Virus record (IMG/VR): IMGVR_UViG_3300038379_000173
Span: 1-64,000 of that record
Length of the DNA stretch: 64,000 bases
Source of the DNA: a virus
Lineage: Duplodnaviria; Heunggongvirae; Uroviricota; Caudoviricetes
Reading direction: 5' to 3' (one strand)
This document shows positions 16,281-25,746 of the stretch, in pieces. Positions within the stretch are counted from its first letter, which is position 1; each line of letters opens with the position of its first letter. The translations under genes and the position numbers were made by a program. The notes below the pieces were generated by a model, which searched no databases, was not told where the DNA came from, and saw only the letters and a list, made by a program, of their open reading frames with translations.

Positions 16281-18374
16281 ATGAAATTGCAAGTGCCCGA
16301 CACCCCAGTGGTACGCTCAGGACCCTTTAAGGAAACCTCCTTCGGTTTTGGTGACCAACGAGTCATCATGGACATTCTTCGCCGCAGGATGTACCCAAAT
16401 CCTATAAAGGCTATCTGCCAGGAAGTGATGTGTAATGCGCGGGATGCTAATAGAGAGGCTGGGAGGGGCGAAGAACCGATTGTTGTGCGTATACCAACCG
16501 AACTTGCGCCAACCTATGAAGTCTCGGACCACGGACTAGGCATAACCCCCGAGAGAATGGAGGGCGTTTTCGTTCTTTATGGCGCCAGTACAAAGCGCGC
16601 TGACAACATCCAAACCGGCGGCTTTGGATTGGGCGCAAAAACTCCGTTTGCCTACTCAGACTCCTTCACTATTAGGACAACCAGTGATGAATCTGATGGT
16701 GTTAGGCGGACAAGACTCTATAGTGCCTATATTGATGAAACTCAGCTAGGCAAATTGGCTGAGATGTCAGTTGCAGTTACCCCGGACATGCCAACCGGCA
16801 CAACAATAAGTGTGGCAGTTAAACCAATTGACTTTCGCGCGTTCCTTACCTACTCCATTAGAGCCTCCAGGTGGTGGACACATAAACCATCCATACTACA
16901 CGCTAAAGTTACATGGCCAAATAGTTCTCCTGTCGTATGTGGCACTGACTGGTTCATTTCAAATGATGGTGATAGCGGAGTTTTGGTCGACGAAATTGAA
17001 TATCCACTCAATTGGGACTATACAGACAAAAGAAACGTTTTCCACTATATCTCATTGTTTATTAAATGCGGCGCAGCCGAAGTAAGCGTAAATGCTAATC
17101 GCGAAGAATTAGACTATAACGCAACCACAGTAGAATTCCTCAGAACTCGTATTGATGGAGTAATTGAGGAAATAAAAGAGAAGATAAATAAGGAAGTAGA
17201 AAGTGCGCCAAACCTCCTAGAGGCCATTTACACTTGGGAGAGCAAATCCGCCGCATTGGGCAACCTCTTCTATGGAATTACGCCAACGTGGCGTGGCAAA
17301 AAACTCTTTCGTACTATAGACTTTGGTCTCTGTCCACTATTATCAACAACTGATAAACTAGCAGACCATTTGTCGTTCACTAACGTGGAACGCGCAGTAG
17401 TAATGTATGGCAAACCAATTCGCTCATATCATAATAGGGCTTATATATCTGTCAAAACAAGGTGTCTTTGCATTGAAAATGATACTGGTAAGCCGCTAGA
17501 TAAGCGTATGCTGGTAAGCAGTTTTACGGCCGACGCTACCCTCGATTACATTTGGGTTGTAACGTTTAACAGTCAACACGGCCGCGATTGGCTTGAGAAT
17601 ACCTATTCGTGGAGCGACCTAGCTCCAATCAAACTCTCCACTCTCCCAATTCTCCCACTCCCAGTCCCGGATGGAGATGAGGAGAAGGAGGAGGAAAAGT
17701 TAGTAAGAAGGACACGTCCAAAGGGTTACAAAATCATTCCTGTCAAGCGTATCCAGGATGATGGGACAATAGTTAATGACGAAAATAAAAAAGTCGTTGA
17801 CCAGACTGGCGGCGTGTATGTATTAAAGCGCGACAACTATCTCTGGATGGTGAATGGAAAGAAAGTGCGCGCCGAAACAGTAGTAGAGGCCGCCAAGTGG
17901 CTCGGAGTCATTCCATACGTAATTTTAAATAGACACCACGAAAAAATATCTGTAAATTGGGTAAGTCTAGATTGCGCTCTCGAAAAACGCTTTAAAGAAA
18001 TACAGGACAGTGATGATTATAAAGCGTATATGACGTATGGAGAAGATGCTCATGTTGCAACCCTTTTTGGTAAGGTAACCATTAATGCTTTAAGTGCACA
18101 TAAATGGAGAGTAAGTAATTCATTCACCGAATGGCTAAACAAAACTCGTTTAGTGTTAGAAGGTCAGAAAAAACGAAACAGTTTGCACAAATATTGGACA
18201 ATGCTTTATAACACACCGCTTCTGACACCAGAAAACAAGGGTGTAGAGTTATTAGAAGAAGTTCATAAAGAATTTCCGCTTTTTATGTTCTTGACTAGGT
18301 CGTATCGTTTAGATTTTGATACGGCAACCAATGACCTAATTTCGTATTTTGAATTGAAAGGAACACCAGTATGA
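16281..18374 (+). CDS. rIIA: rIIA-like protein with N-terminal GHKL-type ATPase fold
   Basis: 697 aa; N box EVMCNARDA, G1 box DHGLGI, G2 box GGFGLGAK; followed by a translationally coupled rIIB-sized gene. Confidence 0.6.
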   Translation: MKLQVPDTPVVRSGPFKETSFGFGDQRVIMDILRRRMYPNPIKAICQEVMCNARDANREAGRGEEPIVVRIPTELAPTYEVSDHGLGITPERMEGVFVLYGASTKRADNIQTGGFGLGAKTPFAYSDSFTIRTTSDESDGVRRTRLYSAYIDETQLGKLAEMSVAVTPDMPTGTTISVAVKPIDFRAFLTYSIRASRWWTHKPSILHAKVTWPNSSPVVCGTDWFISNDGDSGVLVDEIEYPLNWDYTDKRNVFHYISLFIKCGAAEVSVNANREELDYNATTVEFLRTRIDGVIEEIKEKINKEVESAPNLLEAIYTWESKSAALGNLFYGITPTWRGKKLFRTIDFGLCPLLSTTDKLADHLSFTNVERAVVMYGKPIRSYHNRAYISVKTRCLCIENDTGKPLDKRMLVSSFTADATLDYIWVVTFNSQHGRDWLENTYSWSDLAPIKLSTLPILPLPVPDGDEEKEEEKLVRRTRPKGYKIIPVKRIQDDGTIVNDENKKVVDQTGGVYVLKRDNYLWMVNGKKVRAETVVEAAKWLGVIPYVILNRHHEKISVNWVSLDCALEKRFKEIQDSDDYKAYMTYGEDAHVATLFGKVTINALSAHKWRVSNSFTEWLNKTRLVLEGQKKRNSLHKYWTMLYNTPLLTPENKGVELLEEVHKEFPLFMFLTRSYRLDFDTATNDLISYFELKGTPV

Positions 18375-19432
18375 CAACAGTAGTTAATTTTCTCTTCACT
18401 CCTCAAAGTGCCATTATCATTACAGATGATGGGCGCGCACATACGGCTCTAAAAACTTCCGCGGACTTCCAACGTATTACTGGGCTGCTCCTGGCCGGCA
18501 AGAAGCAAGAAGCTCTAGAAATGCTGGATAAGTCAACGGCAATCAAAAAAGTATCTAAGGGTCATTTTAATATTGTGGATGGTAATGTAGTAATAGATGG
18601 TGAAGTGCTGCCGCCCGCCTTGTCTAACAAACTCATCGCCCTGCTGGAAAGCGGCCAAGATACAAGCCGCCTTGAGTCCTTCTGGGACAACTTGTCACTT
18701 AATCCTTCTGAGCAGTCCAAGGCAGACCTCTTTAAATTCCTCGAGGCTAACAAATTCCCACTGACTAAAGATGGGTGTTTTTTGGCGTACAAAAAGGTAC
18801 GTGACGATTGGAAAGATTGTCATACTGGCTCGTTTGATAACTCTCCTGGGAAGGTCGTAAGTGTGGATAGGGCTAATGTAGACCCAGATAGTTCGCGCAC
18901 TTGTTCGTATGGCCTACACGTTGCCGCCCACGAGTATGCAAAAGGATTTAGCTCCGGCCGCCTACTGGAAGTTAAGGTAAACCCAGCGGATGTAGTTTCA
19001 GTGCCGCCCGACCACTCTCAGCAAAAGATTCGGACATGTAAATATGTTGTGCTGCGCGAAGTTCCAGAAGACCAACCAGAATGCTCAACTGAGATTTTCG
19101 ATGGCGACGAAGGGGCTGCCCCGATTGTCGAGGCGCTAGGCGTCGTAAAGGTCCATGTGGATGGAGAGGGTCGACTCCGCATCCCCGGGAAGTTTGTAAG
19201 GTCTATTGGATGTGGGGTTGGACACACCGTAAAAGTTGTGGCGTCTAATGATGTTGTGACAGTTGAGAATATCGAAACGCCCTACGCATCACAAGATGCA
19301 GAATTGGCCACCTACAAAGTTCAGGATGATAACTCAGTGCGCCTCAGTGCATCGGTGCTAGACCAAGCTGGATTTGGTAGGCGCTCCGTTATTAACGTTG
19401 AGAAGGTAGACGGAGTCCTATGTCTTTCGTAA
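18371..19432 (+). CDS. rIIB: rIIB-like protein
   Basis: 353 aa, ATGA-coupled to the rIIA-like gene; call rests on size and synteny, weak on sequence. Confidence 0.45.
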   Translation: MTTVVNFLFTPQSAIIITDDGRAHTALKTSADFQRITGLLLAGKKQEALEMLDKSTAIKKVSKGHFNIVDGNVVIDGEVLPPALSNKLIALLESGQDTSRLESFWDNLSLNPSEQSKADLFKFLEANKFPLTKDGCFLAYKKVRDDWKDCHTGSFDNSPGKVVSVDRANVDPDSSRTCSYGLHVAAHEYAKGFSSGRLLEVKVNPADVVSVPPDHSQQKIRTCKYVVLREVPEDQPECSTEIFDGDEGAAPIVEALGVVKVHVDGEGRLRIPGKFVRSIGCGVGHTVKVVASNDVVTVENIETPYASQDAELATYKVQDDNSVRLSASVLDQAGFGRRSVINVEKVDGVLCLS

Positions 19433-19608
19433 ATTGCCCTAATCACGGTCCGGATGGTAAACAACGCGGTATTTTATACACGCAGCGCCAAAATTGTCTT
19501 CTTTGTGCTAAGACTCCCGAACATCCCAATAAATGCTCCTGTGGCGAAGAATGGGACGAGGAAGATAGCACAAAAGTCTGTTGGAGATGCGACGGAAATA
19601 GAGAATGA
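19420..19608 (+). CDS. small Cys-rich protein (62 aa)
   Basis: ORF with CPNHG...CLLC...CSCG...CWRCDG. Confidence 0.4.
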   Translation: MSFVNCPNHGPDGKQRGILYTQRQNCLLCAKTPEHPNKCSCGEEWDEEDSTKVCWRCDGNRE

Positions 19609-19614
19609 TTTGCA

Positions 19615-19700
19615 CAGGGCTGGCCCGGCCCTGGCGCACGGGCGCGAAGCTGAGCGGGGTCCCCACGGGGTCGAAGCGCGAGCAGGGCGGCCAACACATA
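19615..19700 (+). terminator. GC-rich cluster of stable hairpins (terminator or regulatory RNA)
   Basis: cagggc-tggcccg-gccctg (19615..19633), gcgc-acgg-gcgc (19634..19645), ggggtccccacgggg; GC far above the local average; lies between two + genes. Confidence 0.4.
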
Positions 19701-19713
19701 GGATGTATAAAAA

Positions 19714-20937
19714 ATGACCATCACTCGCCTCATTAAAACAGACGCAGATGCTAACAATAATAAGTTTTGGGAAGCCGTCCTAGACCCCAATGGCGATAAA
19801 GTAATGTGCCGCTGGGGTAGGGTTGGCGCAAACGGTCAGCGCAAAACATTCAACGGCGGCCAACATTACATTGATAGGAAGGTCAAAGAAAAAACTTCCG
19901 AAGGATATGTTATCGCACAGGTTGTTGGAGGCGGCGAAACTATCACATGTGATACTAGTGCCATCAAAACTATTGCACGTCAGCAAATTGTAGCAGACAA
20001 AGAAACAGTCGCCCTTGTAGATGAATTGGTTGCGTGGAACATCCATAATATAACACAAAAATCTACGATGACAGTAAGTGTCTCATCTGGTACTATCTGT
20101 CTGCCGTCCGGTCTAGGTGTGCTGACACAGTCCGCAATAGATGAGGCCCGTAGACTCCTAAACACCATCGGCAGTAGTTCCAGGACAAATGACCCGGCTG
20201 GACACAAAACTGTTATCAACAAATACCTTTCCCTCGTTCCACAGATTGTTCCGAGAAAGCGCGGCTGGATTAATACCATTTTTTCTACACCCGAAGAAAT
20301 TGCCGCTCAAGAACATCTTTTAGATTCGCTCCAGGCAACTATTCAGACCCTTACACCGACTCAATCTTCTAAGGTCTTTGATGTTACGCTGAACAAACTC
20401 CAAGATGGGAATGAAGTTGGTCGCATTACAAGATTGTATGACGCAACGCGTCAAAACATACACCAGTCGTGTAGTCTACGACCAATCAATATCTATAAAA
20501 TAACTATGGGTGCAATGCGAGAGCGATATAACAAGTGCCAAGTTGGTAACCCAATGGAGTTATGGCATGGAACTGGAGTTGGCAACCTATTATCTATTTT
20601 GAAATGCGGCCTCATAATCCCATCTCATGCTTCGCATGGCCGTAACTTTGGCAATGGAATATATTTAACTGACCAATCTACAAAGGCACTTAATTATGCT
20701 GCTGGTTATTGGGATGGTAGGAGAGAGAAGCGATGTTTTATGTTTTTGGCAAACGTAAAAATGGGCCGGCCGTATACACCAGGGCCATATGACAGGAGTA
20801 ACTTCCCTCGGAGCGGCTATGACAGTGTATATGCCAAGGCTGGCTTCTCTGGGATTTTGAACAACGAAATGATTGTGTACGATACAGACCGAGTCGATTT
20901 AACATTCATTGTTGAATTTTCTGAAAGGGCATTATGA
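19714..20937 (+). CDS. PARP-like ADP-ribosyltransferase (N-terminal WGR domain + PARP catalytic domain)
   Basis: WGR: FWEAVLDPNGDKVMCRWGRVGANGQ; catalytic: ELWHGTGVGNLLSILKCGL (H-G-T), GNGIYLTDQSTKALNYA (Tyr), NNEMIVYDTDRVDL (Glu) align to PARP1 LLWHGSR / GIYFAD / YNEYIVYD. Confidence 0.85.
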   Translation: MTITRLIKTDADANNNKFWEAVLDPNGDKVMCRWGRVGANGQRKTFNGGQHYIDRKVKEKTSEGYVIAQVVGGGETITCDTSAIKTIARQQIVADKETVALVDELVAWNIHNITQKSTMTVSVSSGTICLPSGLGVLTQSAIDEARRLLNTIGSSSRTNDPAGHKTVINKYLSLVPQIVPRKRGWINTIFSTPEEIAAQEHLLDSLQATIQTLTPTQSSKVFDVTLNKLQDGNEVGRITRLYDATRQNIHQSCSLRPINIYKITMGAMRERYNKCQVGNPMELWHGTGVGNLLSILKCGLIIPSHASHGRNFGNGIYLTDQSTKALNYAAGYWDGRREKRCFMFLANVKMGRPYTPGPYDRSNFPRSGYDSVYAKAGFSGILNNEMIVYDTDRVDLTFIVEFSERAL

Positions 20938-21683
20938 TTACTATTGACGATATCGCTGATTCTATTGAGACAATTGTGGACGACTTGACATATTCAGGCG
21001 AGATGTTTAGTGCATTCGATATCACACGTTTAGTGCGTATCGCACTACCTACAACTAAGGTAATGCATAAAACTGTCCGTGACATTTTGCGTCGCGAAAT
21101 TAATTTCACTTCCACGGGATATACTGAACAAACCTATCATGGAGATAGTTTTTCAACCCAAGTGTGGGTACCGCCAGGTGGCGATGTAAATAACTACAAT
21201 CCCGATGGGCACAAACCCTCCGTACCTGCGGTCATAAAATTTATGGCACCAAAAGTGCCCACAACTTATACTGCAACAAACGCAGTGACAATAAATGTAT
21301 CAAACGCAACATTAAAACAGAAGCGTAGCGGCCCAAAGGCTCACTTTAAAGACCAAAAGGACGGTAAGGTATACTGGACTGCAACTCCCAACGCATCAGG
21401 TAAATTGGTAATCACAAAGGATATGATTTTAACTCTCCTTGGTGCATCAATTACTTCACCACTACCATTGGGTACTCTTTGGATTGCTCCGCGCGCACAT
21501 AACCAAGATGGCCTAGTAGTGCTGACCAAGCAGCCAGCCAATCCAGCTTGGTCTATGGGAAGGGCTATCAAGCGCTGTAATATCACAGTGCCAAAGAAAG
21601 CATTGGCCAAAGCTCGTCTAACTACCCCAATGAAGGTCACGGTAACTGATGGAGTCATTGTCATTACCTCCGCTAATGCTTAG
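20934..21683 (+). CDS. hypothetical protein (249 aa), translationally coupled to the PARP-like gene
   Basis: ATGA overlap; Thr/Val-rich. Confidence 0.55.
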   Translation: MITIDDIADSIETIVDDLTYSGEMFSAFDITRLVRIALPTTKVMHKTVRDILRREINFTSTGYTEQTYHGDSFSTQVWVPPGGDVNNYNPDGHKPSVPAVIKFMAPKVPTTYTATNAVTINVSNATLKQKRSGPKAHFKDQKDGKVYWTATPNASGKLVITKDMILTLLGASITSPLPLGTLWIAPRAHNQDGLVVLTKQPANPAWSMGRAIKRCNITVPKKALAKARLTTPMKVTVTDGVIVITSANA

Positions 21684-21966
21684 GCGTGACTCTTTAACCT
21701 CCACCTACTATTTATACACGGCCACATCTGAATGGCGACAAATTTCAAATGTGGCCGCTGAATCTATCATAGAGTATGAGAGAGCGACGATTGCGGCCAA
21801 CGCATTATTCAATGCCGTTCAAGGACTCGAAGTAACAAAAGAAGCCGCCGAATTGTATGTAGAGGAGTTTAAAAAACTATGCGCGCAGCGCATAGAAGCA
21901 TACAAGGAAGTATGTCGGCAACGAAACGCCATATGGATTGCCTATAGTGGAATGGGACTAAATTAA
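21649..21966 (+). CDS. hypothetical protein
   Basis: ORF; start uncertain (21649 or ~21676). Confidence 0.4.
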   Translation: MESLSLPPLMLRRDSLTSTYYLYTATSEWRQISNVAAESIIEYERATIAANALFNAVQGLEVTKEAAELYVEEFKKLCAQRIEAYKEVCRQRNAIWIAYSGMGLN

Positions 21967-22338
21967 ATGATTCATACATCGTGCACAACGTGTGGACTAA
22001 AAGGCACTTATCTTGACCTTGATGACGAAAAAGACCTAAAGAGAGTGAAAGAAGTAGAGACACTCTTGGTAATGGTCAATGGATTATATTATGACTTTAT
22101 CTGCGCCCACGCAGCAGATGGCTATTGTATTGCTTGTGGACAACAAGCCATCCTCTACGAGGATAAGAGATGTAATGGTCCACTTTGGATATGTGCAGAG
22201 TGTATTAATCAACGGTGTGTCCATCGTGGAAGTTGCTATAAAGATGGATGTATGAGTTTGGAAGAGTTTGCCGAAGAATGTCAGATAGTGAACGAGCTTG
22301 AAGCGGATGAACAAGAGAATTGGAAGTGCGGAGAGTAA
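21967..22338 (+). CDS. Cys-rich hypothetical protein (123 aa)
   Basis: several CxxC pairs (CTTCG, CIACG, CAEC). Confidence 0.5.
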   Translation: MIHTSCTTCGLKGTYLDLDDEKDLKRVKEVETLLVMVNGLYYDFICAHAADGYCIACGQQAILYEDKRCNGPLWICAECINQRCVHRGSCYKDGCMSLEEFAEECQIVNELEADEQENWKCGE

Positions 22339-22612
22339 TAAACTACATAACTTGTGGTTTATTTCGATAGACAATTTGGCCGCTGCTGACGAATTCTCCA
22401 CATGGCTCAGCGAACGCTCTAAGTCTTTTGATTGCTCATCGTCCTTTCAAGAGTGGTTAATAGCCCACAAGACCTTTCCGCTCTCCCTCTATATAGGTGG
22501 AGTAATCTACAGAGTATTTTCTCGTGAAGAGGCCGCTATTTGGGCCGCTGGCTTCGAAGCCGCACTCTCGCTGATTAAATCCTCACGACAGACAGACAAT
22601 GATATTTTTTAG
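22298..22612 (+). CDS. hypothetical protein
   Basis: ORF overlapping the previous gene by 41 nt; start uncertain. Confidence 0.35.
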   Translation: MKRMNKRIGSAESNKLHNLWFISIDNLAAADEFSTWLSERSKSFDCSSSFQEWLIAHKTFPLSLYIGGVIYRVFSREEAAIWAAGFEAALSLIKSSRQTDNDIF

Positions 22613-22636
22613 CCCCTCTCTACGGATTTCTTAGGT

Positions 22637-22843
22637 ATGTTCAAAAAAGACTCAGACGATGACGATGTGGACGACAAGGCGGAGCGACGCGGACGTTTTG
22701 CACGACGAAAAAATAGCCGCCCAAAGAATGAATATGACACCCCGCTAAAGTTCACTAAAGGTCGTGCGCGAACGAAAATATCTAAGTTGCACTGGGATGA
22801 CTATGAGGATGTTGAAGATATTCTGGATGATGAGGAAGGATAA
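22637..22843 (+). CDS. small highly charged protein (acidic termini, basic core)
   Basis: DSDDDDVDD...DDYEDVEDILDDEEG. Confidence 0.45.
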   Translation: MFKKDSDDDDVDDKAERRGRFARRKNSRPKNEYDTPLKFTKGRARTKISKLHWDDYEDVEDILDDEEG

Positions 22844-22989
22844 TGGACAAGCCAATCATATCTTTTAGACTCCTATGTTTAATTGCCTTGGGCATAGCGC
22901 CAATTTTGGCTCTCTTCGACAATCCATATTCAATGGCATTCCTCGGAATGTCTTTTATATTTGCAGTAGTATCAACAATTCAGGATTAA
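22843..22989 (+). CDS. small membrane protein (48 aa)
   Basis: taATGg overlap with upstream stop; hydrophobic; not in the track. Confidence 0.35.
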   Translation: MDKPIISFRLLCLIALGIAPILALFDNPYSMAFLGMSFIFAVVSTIQD

Positions 22990-23029
22990 TCTAACGTGCG
23001 ACAAATGTGATTCTGTAAGTATTTTTTGG

Positions 23030-23058
23030 TTGACAACAAATAGGCCCAGTCCTATATA
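23030..23058 (+). promoter_or_regulatory. sigma70-type promoter TTGACA-N17-TATATA
   Basis: consensus -35, 17-nt spacer, near-consensus -10, 20 nt upstream of ATG 23079 (RBS taagg). Confidence 0.6.
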
Positions 23059-23078
23059 AGAGTATGCGGTGATAAGGC

Positions 23079-23381
23079 ATGGTACACCAAGATAAATGCA
23101 AAGAAAAGCTGATATTGCCCCTTGAGGCTCTGGACGAAGAATTGCGTGAGGATATTAAGAAGTGCGCCAAGGGCTGCTACCAACTAAGATTGGTCCAAGG
23201 CAATGCGTGTTGGCTCGGGAATGATTTGCAAGGCAAAGCAAAAACTTGGGCCAACAAATACAATGTTTCGCGCTATAGATTAATGAACCGTATTGTTAAT
23301 GTAATAAGCCACAAATACGTTCCAATCTTAATCTCTAATTTTGCTGATTGGCGCGCACACCTAGTATTTGAAATAAAATGA
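23079..23381 (+). CDS. hypothetical protein, paralog family Z copy 1
   Basis: motif LQGKAKTWANKYNVSRYRLMNRI matches the next gene. Confidence 0.55.
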   Translation: MVHQDKCKEKLILPLEALDEELREDIKKCAKGCYQLRLVQGNACWLGNDLQGKAKTWANKYNVSRYRLMNRIVNVISHKYVPILISNFADWRAHLVFEIK

Positions 23382-23683
23382 CATACTATATCAGAACTCT
23401 CTTGGATATCCCCGAAGAAATTCGCGCTGCTATACTAGAATGTCCAAAAGGGGAATATCAAAGCAATCTCCTAAACGGCACTGAAACATGGAGTGGGAGT
23501 AGTCTAAAGGGCAAGGCCAAAAAATGGCTGACGCGCTATTCCGCCTCTCGAAATAACCTTATAAAGCGCATCAATATGGCGATTGAACCATGTGGATATG
23601 AAGCTTATACTCTCCTAATACTTGATGAAACCTCTAGAAGATACAAAAGGACCCTGGTCATTGAACGCCCCTCTGACATTTAA
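23378..23683 (+). CDS. hypothetical protein, paralog family Z copy 2
   Basis: ATGA overlap; motif LKGKAKKWLTRYSASRNNLIKRI. Confidence 0.55.
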   Translation: MTYYIRTLLDIPEEIRAAILECPKGEYQSNLLNGTETWSGSSLKGKAKKWLTRYSASRNNLIKRINMAIEPCGYEAYTLLILDETSRRYKRTLVIERPSDI

Positions 23684-24605
23684 CGACTTCGTCGGCAACG
23701 CCCACGTTGTTGAAAAACTCAAATTACTCACCGAACGTGCGGCCAATGATAGTTTTGCTCGCATCCCAGATATGGCTTTCCTTGGGCCGCCAGGTCATGG
23801 CAAGAATTTTTGTGCCAAAATCCTGGCAGACAAACTAAAGAGAGGCTTTGTAGAGATTAATTCAACCACGGTGCGCGACCCATTTGTATTCCGCCAATTC
23901 ATTGTTAATGGTGAATACATTTCCAGTGGAGTAATTATCCATTTAGATGAATGCCACCAACTGCCGCGACGTATCCAAGACAATTTGCTAAGTGCTCTAG
24001 AGCACCCACGCCAACTCCACACCGCACATAAGGACCAATTGTTCAAGGATTCTTTGCCAGAAAATCTCTCGTTTATTTTCTCAACTACTCACGCTGGAAA
24101 TTTGCGAAAGCCTCTCCTGTCTCGCCTTGAGACAATAGAATTCCTCGAGTATACCGAAGACAACCTCATGGAGATGGCGGCTAAGTATCTACACAGACAA
24201 TATGGGTTGGCTCTAGACGCCATTGAGCCTAAGGCGCTAGCTGAATTAGCGAAACGGAGTCGTTCAGGCCGCCAAACTATTAGGTTCTGTGATAACTTAA
24301 TGCGCCTTAAGGAACTAAACGGTTGGGATAAAATAACACATGATGCGGCCGTCCAATGCTTTAAAATCATTGGAGTAGATGCAACTGGACTGACGCGAGT
24401 TGACAGAAAGATGCTAGCATATATGGCAAAAGCAGGGTCACACGTCGGTCTAGAAACACTGGAGGCCGTGCTTGATATTTCGAAGAAGGAAATATTGAGC
24501 AACATTGAGCCGTTTTTATTACGCAAGGGCCTCATGGTTCGCCACACCAGCGGGCGTCTTATAACACCACTTGGCAAGGCCCTAATGGAGGCGGCAAATG
24601 ACTAG
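23622..24605 (+). CDS. ruvB: RuvB-like AAA+ ATPase (Holliday-junction helicase family)
   Basis: Walker A FLGPPGHGKN, Walker B IIHLDECH, RuvB-like winged-helix C-terminus (TRVDRKMLAYMAK...GLETLEAV...IEPFLLRKGLMVRHTSGRLITPLG). Confidence 0.75.
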   Translation: MMKPLEDTKGPWSLNAPLTFNDFVGNAHVVEKLKLLTERAANDSFARIPDMAFLGPPGHGKNFCAKILADKLKRGFVEINSTTVRDPFVFRQFIVNGEYISSGVIIHLDECHQLPRRIQDNLLSALEHPRQLHTAHKDQLFKDSLPENLSFIFSTTHAGNLRKPLLSRLETIEFLEYTEDNLMEMAAKYLHRQYGLALDAIEPKALAELAKRSRSGRQTIRFCDNLMRLKELNGWDKITHDAAVQCFKIIGVDATGLTRVDRKMLAYMAKAGSHVGLETLEAVLDISKKEILSNIEPFLLRKGLMVRHTSGRLITPLGKALMEAAND

Positions 24606-25335
24606 CGAGAATGATTCACTAAAGGCAAATACAGTATCCGCAAAAAAACCTGACATAACAGAGTGGATGCGCGAGAATAATAGAATGTTTGTGCATATAG
24701 CCGGCAAGTGTTCTACATCGACCAAAGAATTTGGTGCAGATGAAGTGGATGTACACACACACGAGGAAGTGTTAGCTCAACGCGATTTGTGTCAAGAAGC
24801 TCGCTTGCATGCATTGCATGCACTTGAATCATTTGATTATGAGAACTTTCCAATAGAAAAATTAGGTAATTATGTTTATACTGTCGCACTTAATGCTACT
24901 CGTGAGTATGTCATGGACAATCAAAATAATATAAGGGTGCCCGGCTCAGCACGTAAGGAAAAACAAAAACTTAATGAGTTGTCAAACAAGGAACTCATTC
25001 AACTACCAAAATCTATCAATCTGCCGGTATATAATGATAGTGATAGACACGATAGTCCTGGATATATGAGTCTATCAGGTTTGATAGTAGACCCTGCGCC
25101 AACTCCTGATGTTGTGGTGGATGAGAAGGAACAAATTAGTATACTAATGGAAGAACTTGAAAGTCTGCGGCCTGAAGAACAAAAAGTATTGAAGGCAAGA
25201 TGGTTTAACGGTAGCACCCTCGATGATATTGCACTCCGTGAAGGTGTTAGTCGGCAAAGAGTTCATAGTTTACAGAGTAAAGCGATGGAGAAATTACGCA
25301 AGAAAGTCCTGACTCGACTAAGTGAGGAAGAGTAA
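24598..25335 (+). CDS. sigma-70 family RNA polymerase sigma factor
   Basis: C-terminal region 4.2 HTH (STLDDIALREGVSRQRVHSLQSKAMEKLR); region-2-like segment. Confidence 0.65.
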   Translation: MTSENDSLKANTVSAKKPDITEWMRENNRMFVHIAGKCSTSTKEFGADEVDVHTHEEVLAQRDLCQEARLHALHALESFDYENFPIEKLGNYVYTVALNATREYVMDNQNNIRVPGSARKEKQKLNELSNKELIQLPKSINLPVYNDSDRHDSPGYMSLSGLIVDPAPTPDVVVDEKEQISILMEELESLRPEEQKVLKARWFNGSTLDDIALREGVSRQRVHSLQSKAMEKLRKKVLTRLSEEE

Positions 25336-25745
25336 TGAAAGAAGTAATTGAAAAAAAACCAGGCCGCCGTCGGCATAATCCACTTACTCGTTGGAGTAAT
25401 AGCAAGCACAAAGGTTCCCTGTGGAGTATTCGGCGTGAGACAGTAAAGAGGCGCAACCAGCCCGACCGCATAGAGAATGTTGAATATTATGTGCCGCACG
25501 GATTGCTATACGACCCGAATATAACGGGCGGCCCTGAGCCTTTTGATACATTTAAATTAGATTGGAAGGAAGAATTGCAGCATTATGCAGTTAATAATGA
25601 AGCAAAGCTGCGGGTTCAGCCACTCCCAAATGGTGAATATGTCTATAGGGTTTACAAGGAAGGGGAGTCGAAAGATGACCCAGACCACGTATTAGTTGAA
25701 GTTGTTTCACAAACAAAAATGTTGTTAAAGAAAAGGAAGAAGTAA
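25335..25745 (+). CDS. hypothetical basic protein (136 aa)
   Basis: ATGA overlap. Confidence 0.5.
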   Translation: MKEVIEKKPGRRRHNPLTRWSNSKHKGSLWSIRRETVKRRNQPDRIENVEYYVPHGLLYDPNITGGPEPFDTFKLDWKEELQHYAVNNEAKLRVQPLPNGEYVYRVYKEGESKDDPDHVLVEVVSQTKMLLKKRKK

Positions 25746-25746
25746 T

